A stretch of DNA of 64,000 nt. Source: a bacterium (GTDB lineage Bacteria; Hinthialibacterota; Hinthialibacteria; Hinthialibacterales; Hinthialibacteraceae). The notes below the pieces were generated by a model, which was not told where the DNA came from, ran no database searches, and was given only the letters and a program-made list of their open reading frames with translations. This document shows positions 39,739 through 49,244 of this stretch, piece after piece (the first letter of the stretch is position 1; the number at the start of each line of letters is the position of its first letter). The position numbers were made by a program, and so were the translations under genes. The stretch spans positions 704,001 through 768,000 of the forward strand of contig CAXXMV010000001.1 in NCBI GenBank assembly GCA_963662285.2, in the 5' to 3' direction.

Positions 39739-41583
39739 TCAATCATAAACCGACCAATTTTGCACATTCACAGGAATTGAATCGGCTAATTCGACTTTCA
39801 AATAAATCGTCCGCCCTCCGTGATAATTGGCTATTTCACTAAGCATGTAATCCGTTTCTGCATAACCAGTCGATGTATCCCACTGGAAAATTTCCGGATT
39901 TTCTCCGGAATCGTTTAACGGAATGCCTGCGTAACCAGCATACTCCCCATTAATCCAAGCCGCCGCAGTATCATCGCCCTCAAGTCTCAATGTCAATCCG
40001 GTTATAGAATCATAATTTGATATATCAAAAGTTGAACGTGTATAAACAGTTTCAACCGTAGGATCGAGCAACGTCTCTCCGACCTCTCCCAAAGCAGTGC
40101 CATACCCTATAGTAAAACCCGTTCCGGTTGATATTTCCCATCCAGAATCATCAAAATCTCTTGATTGCCACTGCGGCTCTTCTCCACCACTTCCATCTTC
40201 AAAGAAAACGCTTTTCCAACGGAAAATTGTATCTTCCGGCCACCCGCCAACCGCGCTCGAATCCTGCACATAGACGGCTCCATTATTATCAGTTAATTCT
40301 GCTGTAACCGCCAAGTCGCTGCTTTCGTTACTACCATTCCATGCTCCAACTGCTAAAACATTGTTCTCTTTATATAACTTGACCACGGGTAAATCTGATC
40401 CTTCGAGATAATCAAATGTGGATTTATGCGTATTAAACAGGTATTTACTCCAATATGTTTTAGCGTTATTCGCCATACCAACAATGGTTATCCCATTCTG
40501 CACATCATACAAAAACCACGTACAAAAACCAGGAACGCCTCCACTATGATGAATTAACCTATCAGTAATTTTAGTAGAATTAAGCGTATACACGCTTCCC
40601 CCCATCACTCCAGAATAAACTCCTAATCCATACCCACTTTCCGTTGTTCCATATTGCGGAGCTATCATCTGATTGACTGACTCAGAAGTTAAAAAATCTG
40701 CATCAAACAATTGAAGGAGAAAGCGAATATAATTATCGACTGTTGAAATCACATTCCCGCTGCAATACCGCCAAGATAAATCATATCCATCAATCATACT
40801 GGCATCATAGTATGTATAATAACCAGCTACGTCAGAAGCAGGCGGCTCTTCATATCCCCATCCCCCAAAGTATGTATCACTCAACTGCATAGGTTCTAGA
40901 ACAACTCGACGGAAAAGAGCACTCAGAGATTCTCCTGTCGCCTTTTCTAATATCATTCCTATAATCACATAATTAGTATTAGAATAGTGGAATTGAGCAT
41001 TTTCACCTGGAGTAAAATATGGGTCATAAACCTCCATTTCCCAAATTATATCTTCAGGCGTTACAGATACATCTTTCATGATATTATCAATATCTGGAAT
41101 ATCTTCAATATCAAAAACTCCACTAGTGTGGCTCAACAGATGCCTAATCGTAATTATGTCGATATTAGGGATTTGTGAATCCGGCAACCATTTCTCTATC
41201 GTATCATCAAGAGACAATTGCCCCTCTTCAACCAGTTTCAGAGTCAAAACGGATATCATAGCCTTGGTAAGGCTTCCAATCCTAAAAAGATCATCAGATT
41301 TCATGACAATAGGAGAAATATCACTATTGCCCTCAGATTGCAAATCACCAACATCGGCATACCCCGCCGCTCCTGTCCATAGCCCTTTACCACGGACATG
41401 GACAGCCATGGTCATGCCTCCTTGATAACCTAAGTTTTCAAAATCGAGAAAATTTGTCTCTATTTGCTTTTGAAGAACCTGCGCCAATCCTTCATCTTCC
41501 AAAGGCTGTAATTCCATTGACTGGACATAAATTACAGATACAAAAACAATGATGATTAATAATATTGCTCGCAAATATCTCAT
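39739..41583 (-). CDS. Secreted serine hydrolase (beta-lactamase/AmpC-like) with C-terminal galactose-binding-like domain
   Basis: FRIGSLTK (SxxK), LLSHTSG, YSNTNY, HSGGVPG; C-domain FDDSGW..GYG..Y.R..F..DD..WING. Confidence 0.88.
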   Translation of the reverse strand: MRYLRAILLIIIVFVSVIYVQSMELQPLEDEGLAQVLQKQIETNFLDFENLGYQGGMTMAVHVRGKGLWTGAAGYADVGDLQSEGNSDISPIVMKSDDLFRIGSLTKAMISVLTLKLVEEGQLSLDDTIEKWLPDSQIPNIDIITIRHLLSHTSGVFDIEDIPDIDNIMKDVSVTPEDIIWEMEVYDPYFTPGENAQFHYSNTNYVIIGMILEKATGESLSALFRRVVLEPMQLSDTYFGGWGYEEPPASDVAGYYTYYDASMIDGYDLSWRYCSGNVISTVDNYIRFLLQLFDADFLTSESVNQMIAPQYGTTESGYGLGVYSGVMGGSVYTLNSTKITDRLIHHSGGVPGFCTWFLYDVQNGITIVGMANNAKTYWSKYLFNTHKSTFDYLEGSDLPVVKLYKENNVLAVGAWNGSNESSDLAVTAELTDNNGAVYVQDSSAVGGWPEDTIFRWKSVFFEDGSGGEEPQWQSRDFDDSGWEISTGTGFTIGYGTALGEVGETLLDPTVETVYTRSTFDISNYDSITGLTLRLEGDDTAAAWINGEYAGYAGIPLNDSGENPEIFQWDTSTGYAETDYMLSEIANYHGGRTIYLKVELADSIPVNVQNWSVYD

Positions 41584-41840
41584 ACATAATTCTCCTTTGA
41601 ACTGTTTTTTATAAATTAATAGTAATTGAGCGATTATAAAAACAAGCTACGTCAATGCGATTTCAATAAGCATATATTTTAATTAATCGCTATAACATTG
41701 AAACGAATGCTAATGATTAGAATTATTGCATATGCAAATCATCAAAAATAGGTATCCAATTAAACATTATACTATTTCCTCCCATTTTATTAATCTGATA
41801 ATCGATTTAATATTTCTTTGGTTTTCTATGATTAACCGCG

Positions 41841-41869
41841 TTGACTTGTAAAAATCCGTCCGATATACT
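41841..41869 (+). promoter_or_regulatory. sigma70 promoter of the GntR gene
   Basis: TTGACT-17bp-TATACT. Confidence 0.7.
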
Positions 41870-41911
41870 CATCGGGAATCAATTCATAATATTATAATTT
41901 ATTGGGGCGTC

Positions 41912-42655
41912 ATGCGAATAATCGATAGGAAAAGCCAACGTAAACTATACTTGCAACTGGTTGATATATTAAAAGATGCAATCGATAAAGGCGAACTGGT
42001 AACCGGCAACCAATTACCGACCGAAGATAACCTTTGCATTCAGCAGGGAGTGAGCAAGGCCGTTGTGCGCGCTGCGCTGCAAGAATTAGCCAGAGACGGT
42101 TACGTGCGCCGCGTCCCCGGCAAAGGCACCTTTGTTGAAAGTCCGGTTGAAGTGCAGGGAGTGTGGTTGAGTTCTCAACTGACGGAAAATCTGCTTGATT
42201 TCGGGGCGCCCTGGAAAACGAAAGTCATTCAAAAGATGTTATCGGTGGCGCCTTCTGACCTCATCGAATTGTTTGCTATGGAATCAGGACATCAAGTGTT
42301 TAAGGTAAGCCGCCTGCGCTTCATCAAAGATGTTCCAGCCGTTTTGGAAACGGCCTATGTATCGCATGATCTATGCCCCGGATTGGCGTTGGAAGATTTC
42401 AGAGAAAGATCGTTGATAGAGATCATCAACAGCAACTACGGCATCCCCATCACCCGTTGCGCCGATTCAATCGAGATCACTTCCCTGGAAGACAGAGAAG
42501 CCGATTTACTTAACCAGAAGAAGGGTGAAATGGCTCTGCTGACGGATCGCATCCTATACACCAGCAATAACCGGGTCACCGCTTTTATTCGCTTCATCTC
42601 CATATCACAAGACCACCGCATCACCTTCGAGTCGGTGCGCACTCCTGGAGAATAA
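41912..42655 (+). CDS. GntR family (HutC/UTRA) transcriptional regulator
   Basis: LYLQL..I..GEL..LPTE..L...GVS...VR.AL..L..G...R.PGKGTFV; UTRA-like C-terminus. Confidence 0.93.
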   Translation: MRIIDRKSQRKLYLQLVDILKDAIDKGELVTGNQLPTEDNLCIQQGVSKAVVRAALQELARDGYVRRVPGKGTFVESPVEVQGVWLSSQLTENLLDFGAPWKTKVIQKMLSVAPSDLIELFAMESGHQVFKVSRLRFIKDVPAVLETAYVSHDLCPGLALEDFRERSLIEIINSNYGIPITRCADSIEITSLEDREADLLNQKKGEMALLTDRILYTSNNRVTAFIRFISISQDHRITFESVRTPGE

Positions 42656-42698
42656 GGTGATCTCTTTAGCCCCCTCACCCTAGCCCTCTCCCGGAGGT

Positions 42699-43023
42699 GT
42701 ACTGTCCGTACACAAATCTGGAGAGGAGAACGAAATGTGGGATATCATTGTGCGGGGAGCATCGGATTCTAGCCGGTGCATAAAAAAACCAATAAACCAG
42801 TCAACCAATTCCAAATATCTCGTAGAATTCTTCCTCACATGCAATATACTCCTGACGCCATTGGTAATTCAAAAAATTGGTTTAAGCAAATCGGTTAAGG
42901 AGATATTGCTTAAAAATATGGAAAAGTATACGTTTTTATAGAGAACCAAAGGGATTGGCATACCGGCTGGAAGCCGATGCTCCCCACTATCCACTATCAC
43001 ACAACAATATGTACGGAGAGTAG
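42699..43023. mobile_element. 325-bp non-autonomous element (MITE) with IS4/IS50-like ends, inserted in a family B REP
   Basis: TIR GTACTGTCCGTACA / TGTACGGAGAGTAG (12/14); flanking CCCGGAGGT (42690-42698) and CCCGGAGGG (43024-43032); removing it restores the 10004-10038 palindrome. Confidence 0.85.
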
Positions 43024-43075
43024 CCCGGAGGGAGAGGGGGATTTTGTTGCATATTATTTATTCATTGAATATCAT

Positions 43076-44425
43076 TTATTCAGCAGAATTCGCTTCCGCC
43101 CACTGATAGAGCATCTGCACGGATTTCCCCAACACGCCAGCCGAGCCGCGGAATGAGCCTGAGCCGCGAGGTTCATTTTTGACGCTATACCATTCATAGA
43201 ATCCATTATTTTTATGTACGCGCTCCATCATGGGGATCAACTGTTCGTAGGCTTCCTTGATGAAGCCATGCTGAATCAGGCCTTGAATCATGCGACCGCC
43301 GAACCAGGTCCAGTCGCCGCCATTCTGGTATGAGTACGGCCCCATGCCTTTATTCTTATAGAAGCCAGCGGGATATGGTGGGTAAACTGTTAACCCGATG
43401 GAACCAGCGCCTGATTTTTTCACATTATCAATCATCTTTTGCAGCGTTACGGCAATCTCCGGCTTGGTCATGAAACCGGCTTGAATGGCGACAGCGGAGC
43501 CGCCATGATAAAAGATTTCCAGCTCGTTGAAATCCTTGGGAAATGGTGAATCATCCAGGTAAATATGGGGAATGTATTTTTGACGTTTTGCATCCCACAG
43601 ATGCTGGCGGACATTGGCTTTGATATCTTTCAGGGTTTTCTTCCACTTCGCCGACTCGTCATTATCCGCTGGAAGCATAGAGATGTAATTGGAGATAGCA
43701 ATAGCGAACATGGCGTTATCGTATATATCAATGGCGCGATGGGTGTTCTCATCAATCACTACGCCCCAATCATGTTCGGGCTGCACATCGCCCCAATCAG
43801 AGGTGGTGGCGCCCCACAGTAAACCATATTTTTCTGAATAGCGTTTGGTCAATAGAAAATCCATAGCCCATGCCATGCGCTGCAAAACGGTTTTTCCATT
43901 GATATTATCTTCTAATATACTCTTGTCGCCGGTTTTGTTTACGTAAAGATAAACGGCCTGAATCAGAGAGGATTCCTGATCGGTCTCGACTGTGTTTTTG
44001 TGCGCTGCAAATGAACTTATATCGCCTTTCTTGATGTAATCGTATCCAACACCCGCTTTCTCTTTGGGGATGAAACCATCAATAATATTTCCATCATCAC
44101 CCTGAAAACGGAAAAACATCAACAGGTTATCTTTGATCTTCTGATGGTCGATAACATCGCAGGATAGTTCAATGAATGTATTAAAATCACGAATCCATAC
44201 TTCTCCATATCCATCACCAGCGTTAAATCCAGTTTTGACCAATGCATTGGATTTATCGAGCAATGATTTCAGCGACTTGTTCGACAGGATCGTTTTGGCA
44301 AGCGTCTGTTTCTCGACTTTAGACAAGGATTTAATGGCCGAACTCTCTGTTGAAAATGAATCAGCCGTCATAAATAATAAAATGAAGCTTGCCAGAAAAC
44401 GCGCGAGGCTTATTTTGTTTAACAT
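43076..44425 (-). CDS. Secreted six-hairpin (alpha/alpha)6 glycoside hydrolase-like protein
   Basis: YGEVWIRD, KNTVETDQE, DWGDVQPE, YQNGGDWTWFGG, FYEWY; signal peptide. Confidence 0.8.
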   Translation of the reverse strand: MLNKISLARFLASFILLFMTADSFSTESSAIKSLSKVEKQTLAKTILSNKSLKSLLDKSNALVKTGFNAGDGYGEVWIRDFNTFIELSCDVIDHQKIKDNLLMFFRFQGDDGNIIDGFIPKEKAGVGYDYIKKGDISSFAAHKNTVETDQESSLIQAVYLYVNKTGDKSILEDNINGKTVLQRMAWAMDFLLTKRYSEKYGLLWGATTSDWGDVQPEHDWGVVIDENTHRAIDIYDNAMFAIAISNYISMLPADNDESAKWKKTLKDIKANVRQHLWDAKRQKYIPHIYLDDSPFPKDFNELEIFYHGGSAVAIQAGFMTKPEIAVTLQKMIDNVKKSGAGSIGLTVYPPYPAGFYKNKGMGPYSYQNGGDWTWFGGRMIQGLIQHGFIKEAYEQLIPMMERVHKNNGFYEWYSVKNEPRGSGSFRGSAGVLGKSVQMLYQWAEANSAE

Positions 44426-44433
44426 TATTTCTC

Positions 44434-45696
44434 CTATGTTTTCCGGGGTTTCTTTTTAGCTGCTGGAAATAGTACGTTGTTTAATATCAATCTATAGCCC
44501 GGCGAGTTGGGATGTTGCGACAAATCAGTATCCTGTTCGCCAACCAGGTGCTGAGGATCTTCAGGATCATGACCTCCCAGAAAAGTGAAGGTTCCTTTGT
44601 TCAACACTCCGTGAATATATTTGGTGACGCCCTCGCCAGGGAATTCTCCTAACACAACTATATTGGCCTTTAATTTTGACTTGCGGAATGCGGTGGTCTG
44701 ACCCCAAAAATCTTCGATTTTTTTGACATGGTTCTGATTAAGCATACAGGGCACCGGATCAAACTTGGCGGAGAAATCAAATAGTTGGAATTTGTTAGCC
44801 CGGTATCGCTCTCCAGGCGTGGATGGGCTGGGACTGGCGTCAATATCAGAAAATTCATAAATCATAGGATCAGGAACAAGGGTGAAATTCTGGAATGCGA
44901 AAGTCCGGGAAAAATCTATCCGCTCCTGCCATCCAGGCGTCATTCCATCACCGTCAATCAATTTCTCAACAATATCCACGCCATCAGCCGCCAGCGAAAT
45001 ATCCAGGGTGTCGCAGGCGGCGCACATGGCGAACAAAAAACCGCCCTGATTGACATACTCGCGAATGGTTTTGGCGACGGCGCTTTTATGCTGCTGAACT
45101 TTAACATAACCGGCGGCGTTGGCGGCGGCTTGAAACCGGCGTACTTTTTCTTGATACCAGGCCTGACCATGAAAATTACGATAAAACTTGCCAAACTGTC
45201 CGGTGAAATCCTCATGATGCAGGTGCAGCCAATCGTACTCCGCCAACCGCCCGGAAAGCACTTCTTTATCCCATATCGGATCATAAGGTATCTTGGCGTA
45301 TTTCAAGGCCAGCAGAACCGCATCATCCCAGAGGTCTCTATTGGGTGGAGTATAAACCGCAACTTTGGGCGCTTTTTCCAGTGGAACCACATCCATATTA
45401 TTCAGGTCAATTTCCTGGTGGATAGCGGCGATCTGCGCATCAGTCACCCTGAGGCAGGTTACGCCCATTAAATTGGCCTGACGTTGGGTATCTTCGGTCT
45501 CATATACCAGAAATGAACCATCCCGGTAATTCAAAAGCCACTCGCTCTTATAAACTCGCGGCGCCTGCAATACCCAATAGGTCAATCCATAAGCGCGCAG
45601 ATGATCGGTCTGAGTGGAATCCATAGGGATCAAGACCCCATCACACCAGGCATTAAGCGAAAAAACGAAGATAAAGATAAAACTGACAAGTCTCAT
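44434..45696 (-). CDS. Secreted GATase-like-fold protein (family commonly labelled 'asparagine synthetase B')
   Basis: LIPMD..Q.DHLRAYG, WLLNYR.GSF, DWLHLHHEDFTGQ.GKFY, FAMC..DT.D, GHDPED, GYRLILNNVLFPAA. Confidence 0.8.
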   Translation of the reverse strand: MRLVSFIFIFVFSLNAWCDGVLIPMDSTQTDHLRAYGLTYWVLQAPRVYKSEWLLNYRDGSFLVYETEDTQRQANLMGVTCLRVTDAQIAAIHQEIDLNNMDVVPLEKAPKVAVYTPPNRDLWDDAVLLALKYAKIPYDPIWDKEVLSGRLAEYDWLHLHHEDFTGQFGKFYRNFHGQAWYQEKVRRFQAAANAAGYVKVQQHKSAVAKTIREYVNQGGFLFAMCAACDTLDISLAADGVDIVEKLIDGDGMTPGWQERIDFSRTFAFQNFTLVPDPMIYEFSDIDASPSPSTPGERYRANKFQLFDFSAKFDPVPCMLNQNHVKKIEDFWGQTTAFRKSKLKANIVVLGEFPGEGVTKYIHGVLNKGTFTFLGGHDPEDPQHLVGEQDTDLSQHPNSPGYRLILNNVLFPAAKKKPRKT

Positions 45697-45769
45697 TATT
45701 TTTTGTCTTTTTTAATTTAATTTTCAATTGAGCAGAACGCGTCAATCAACCTGAACCACGCCCGACGCT

Positions 45770-46366
45770 CTATGGCAGCATGAATCCCAATATCAACGCA
45801 ACGCCTTTGAACACCATCCATATTGTCACAATAGTAAGTATGGCGCCCGAAAAAAGAATCAGGAAGCCGGGAGCAATTAATAGCAAAGAGGCTTGCTGAG
45901 GCGTCAGTTCGTGCGATTCGCAAAGGGCGAAATAGAGCAAGGTACAAAAGGCGGCGCCGAACATCAGCAGGTTAACGAATGGCAGGGGAATCAGCCAGGT
46001 ATAAGCCGCCACGCTCGAATAGGCCACGCAGCGGAATGTAACCTCAAATTTCTCATTGCCGCCTAATAATCTGATAAGACCATGCAATATCACGGTCGAT
46101 AAAAAAAGCAGCGCTACGCCGTACACCATAGATGGCAAAACGAAGATAAGCGATAATCCCAATGTAAAAGGCGCAATCAACAATCCATAGAACAAAACCG
46201 GAATCAGTATATTAACTCCAGCAAACAGAGTTGGTTCGAGAAAGCCGGACTCTTCCCGGCTCTTGCGGAAGAAATCATTGGGAGTGGTAACAATGGCCTT
46301 GATTTCCTCGATATAGCGATGGATGAAATCAACCAGTCTTTTTTGAAATGTCTTATAATCGTTCAT
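45770..46366 (-). CDS. YIP1-family membrane protein
   Basis: P..FF motif, GG...FE.TFR.VAYS, about five TM helices. Confidence 0.8.
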   Translation of the reverse strand: MNDYKTFQKRLVDFIHRYIEEIKAIVTTPNDFFRKSREESGFLEPTLFAGVNILIPVLFYGLLIAPFTLGLSLIFVLPSMVYGVALLFLSTVILHGLIRLLGGNEKFEVTFRCVAYSSVAAYTWLIPLPFVNLLMFGAAFCTLLYFALCESHELTPQQASLLLIAPGFLILFSGAILTIVTIWMVFKGVALILGFMLP

Positions 46367-46503
46367 AATCTTCTAACATTTTTCCATTAATATAAAAAAA
46401 GCGCTTCAAGAAAACTCAAGAACACGTAACAACAATAATGGTTTCATCTTTGTATAGCATGAATCCATCATTAAAGATATCATACCTTATCTAAATCAAA
46501 TAT

Positions 46504-47910
46504 GTGAGTCGTGACAGTAAAACTATGCGTGATTATCCCGCTCAGGATACATTATTCCCCGGCGAATCCAAAGCGGAATTCGACGATGCCGGGGCGCTTG
46601 ATCCTTCATCCGTACCTCTGGCTGAACGTTGCCGTCCTGCCAGTTTGAGCGATTTCTTCGGCCAAGAGGAAATCGTGGGGATAGGACGACCTCTGCGAAA
46701 ATCCATCGAACGGGACCGTATTCCCTCTATGGTTCTATGGGGCCCACCCGGAAGCGGAAAAACAACCTTGGCGCGTCTGTTGGCCAGGTTGTCAAAATCT
46801 CAATTCCTCAAATTATCAGCCACCAGCAGCGGCATCAAAGATTTACGCGTAATCGTTGACCGCGCCCGTAGCATACGGCGCAGTAACAATATGGCCACTA
46901 TCCTTTTTATTGATGAAATCCATCGCTGGAATAAATCTCAACAGGACGCCCTGCTGCCTCATGTTGAATCCGGACTCATTACGCTGATCGGCGCAACCAC
47001 CGAGAATCCCTCTTTTGAAGTCAATGGGGCGCTCTTGTCGCGGGTGACGGTATATACCTTGCAAACGCTCGATACGCCCTATCTGGTAAAGATAATCCAG
47101 CGGGGCGTCGAAATCCTGATCAGCGAAGGACATGCCATAACCGCTGAACCGGACGCGCTGCAAGCCATTGCCTCGGTTTCACATGGCGACGCCCGCGTTG
47201 CCTTGAACGCCCTTGAACAGGTAGTAGAATTCATGAGCGCAGGGGCGGAAGCCGTTCTTTTAACCAAAGACGCCGTAGTGAAGACATTGCAGGAGAAGAG
47301 CATACTCTACGACAAGTCAGGCGAAGAACACTACAACCTTATCTCAGCCCTGCATAAAAGTATGCGCGACAGCGATCCTCAGGGAACGCTTTACTGGCTA
47401 GCCCGCATGTTGGAAGCGGGCGAAGATCCACTGTTTGTGGTTCGGCGCATCATACGATTCGCTTCAGAAGATATCGGGCTGGCCGATCCCAACGCCTTGC
47501 TGCTGGCTATCGCGGCGCGCGATTCTTACCATTTCCTCGGATCGCCGGAAGGTGAATTGGCAATAGCTCAAGCTGCCGCATATATGGCGGTAGCCCCCAA
47601 AAGCAACGCCATTTATTCAGCATACAGCCAGGCGGTTGAAGCGGTGAAAAAACATGGCTACCTGCCCGTACCCAAACATATCCGCAACGCTCCAACAAAA
47701 TTAATGAAAGATATGGGATATGGCAGTGGATATAAATACGCGCATGATTATGATGAAGCCTTCGTCATGCAGGAACATTTACCGGATGAGCTTAGCGGGA
47801 TGAAATTCTATCAACCCACGGATAGAGGACGTGAAGCCAATATCCAGGAACGTATGAAACAATGGGATGCCTTGGCATCGAAACATAAAGATAAAAAGAT
47901 CCAAAAATGA
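46504..47910 (+). CDS. rarA: Replication-associated recombination protein A (RarA/MgsA)
   Basis: PLAERCRP, WGPPGSGKTT, FIDEIHR.NK.QQD, GATTENPSFE, ISALHKS.R.SDP, ASEDIG.ADP, VP.H.RNAPT. Confidence 0.97.
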   Translation: MSRDSKTMRDYPAQDTLFPGESKAEFDDAGALDPSSVPLAERCRPASLSDFFGQEEIVGIGRPLRKSIERDRIPSMVLWGPPGSGKTTLARLLARLSKSQFLKLSATSSGIKDLRVIVDRARSIRRSNNMATILFIDEIHRWNKSQQDALLPHVESGLITLIGATTENPSFEVNGALLSRVTVYTLQTLDTPYLVKIIQRGVEILISEGHAITAEPDALQAIASVSHGDARVALNALEQVVEFMSAGAEAVLLTKDAVVKTLQEKSILYDKSGEEHYNLISALHKSMRDSDPQGTLYWLARMLEAGEDPLFVVRRIIRFASEDIGLADPNALLLAIAARDSYHFLGSPEGELAIAQAAAYMAVAPKSNAIYSAYSQAVEAVKKHGYLPVPKHIRNAPTKLMKDMGYGSGYKYAHDYDEAFVMQEHLPDELSGMKFYQPTDRGREANIQERMKQWDALASKHKDKKIQK

Positions 47911-48947
47911 ATCTAAACGATCCCCGTATTTTTGAAGAATTGCACTGCTATGTTAATCAATCCGAACAGACAGCGGTAATGCGCGTCTTCCGTCGGCGTC
48001 CATTGAATTATCTGCATTTTAATGACATCGCCCGCGAAGCCCGGTTAACCGCCGACGCCGCCATCCGCGCCATCGCTTCGCTTAAAACAGAAGGCGTGCG
48101 CATCGGATCACGGCAGCCATCCGAGTATTTCTACGAACCACGCGATGAGATTTTACACCCGGATATTATCGCATCTCAACTAAATACACGCTGGTGGGGC
48201 AAGCGCATTCTGGCCAGCGATGAAATTCCATCTACCATAGATATCGCTAAATCCTGCCTGGCTATTCTTGACGATCCACATGGCCTGGTAGTCATCGCCA
48301 ACATGCAAACCCAGGGACGCGGTAGGCAAGGCAACACCTGGTTGTCGCCGCAAGGCAAAGATATCTTATTGACTTTTATTATTAGCAACAGCGATTGGAC
48401 TCCAACCCCTTCCCTGCTATCGCTATATACCGCAACAGCTGCCGCCCGCGTATTGGATACCGCATACGGCATTCCAATATCGATTAAATGGCCCAACGAC
48501 CTGATGGTGGATGGACGCAAACTGGGCGGTGTTATGGTCGAACGGGATGACCAACATGGCGTGGTTTTGGCGAGTATGGGATTAAATATACAAAGCCAGC
48601 CAGCCGACTGGCCTATGGCGCTGCGCACGCAAAGCACATCCTTAGCCATGCTCGATACAGATGAAGAACTACACCGCGATACGATCATCGCCCAATGCGG
48701 AACCACCTGGGAAGCGCTGTGGCAATCAATGATGACTGACCGGGGCGAAACGGTTCTGGGCTATTGGAAGCAGTATTCATCAACCATAGGTAAGCGCGTG
48801 AACCTGCAACACCGGGGAGCTAACATGACCGGCGCCGCCCTGGATATCGATGAAGTTGGGCGCCTCATCTTCCGCGCGGATGATGGTCAGGTGCTGGCTT
48901 TGATCGCCGAAGAAGTACAGCATCTGCGTATGGAAGAGAGTCTTTGA
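47907..48947 (+). CDS. birA: Biotin-[acetyl-CoA-carboxylase] ligase with N-terminal HTH-like domain
   Basis: QTQGRGRQG..W.SP, IKWPND, RKLGG, G.A.DID..G.L. Confidence 0.93.
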   Translation: MNLNDPRIFEELHCYVNQSEQTAVMRVFRRRPLNYLHFNDIAREARLTADAAIRAIASLKTEGVRIGSRQPSEYFYEPRDEILHPDIIASQLNTRWWGKRILASDEIPSTIDIAKSCLAILDDPHGLVVIANMQTQGRGRQGNTWLSPQGKDILLTFIISNSDWTPTPSLLSLYTATAAARVLDTAYGIPISIKWPNDLMVDGRKLGGVMVERDDQHGVVLASMGLNIQSQPADWPMALRTQSTSLAMLDTDEELHRDTIIAQCGTTWEALWQSMMTDRGETVLGYWKQYSSTIGKRVNLQHRGANMTGAALDIDEVGRLIFRADDGQVLALIAEEVQHLRMEESL

Positions 48948-48987
48948 TAGAGCAGTTCAGAATCAGATAAAACTCAAGAGTGGTTAC

Positions 48988-49184
48988 TATCAACCCTCTC
49001 CTAACCTCTCCCAATCTTGGGAGAGGGATTTTGGCCCACCTCTGCGTAGGATGGGTCACGCCTTATCGACTCATCAAAAGACCACTTGCGAAATCCAAAA
49101 CCCTTACTAATTTTTATCAAATACCAAGCGATATTTCCAAAATCCCTCTCCCCCAACTTGGGGTAGAATTCTCAAGAGGGGGTT
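48988..49184. repeat. Composite REP cluster: family B variant (48988-49026), family C (49046-49075), inverted degenerate family B (49143-49184)
   Basis: Direct comparison with 16028-16066 and 15967-15995; lies between convergent genes. Confidence 0.8.
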
Positions 49185-49244
49185 GTTTGCATAAACCTAA
49201 TATTTCCCAATTGAAGTAATAATAATCGAATTGTTATTTCAGTG

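Noticed and set aside
42735-42941. 68-aa ORF inside the MITE as a functional gene
   Set aside because: It crosses the internal inverted repeat; better explained as a fragment of a decayed transposase
48980-49219. 79-aa ORF, also 48865-49059 and 13051-13269
   Set aside because: Translations of REP repeat clusters
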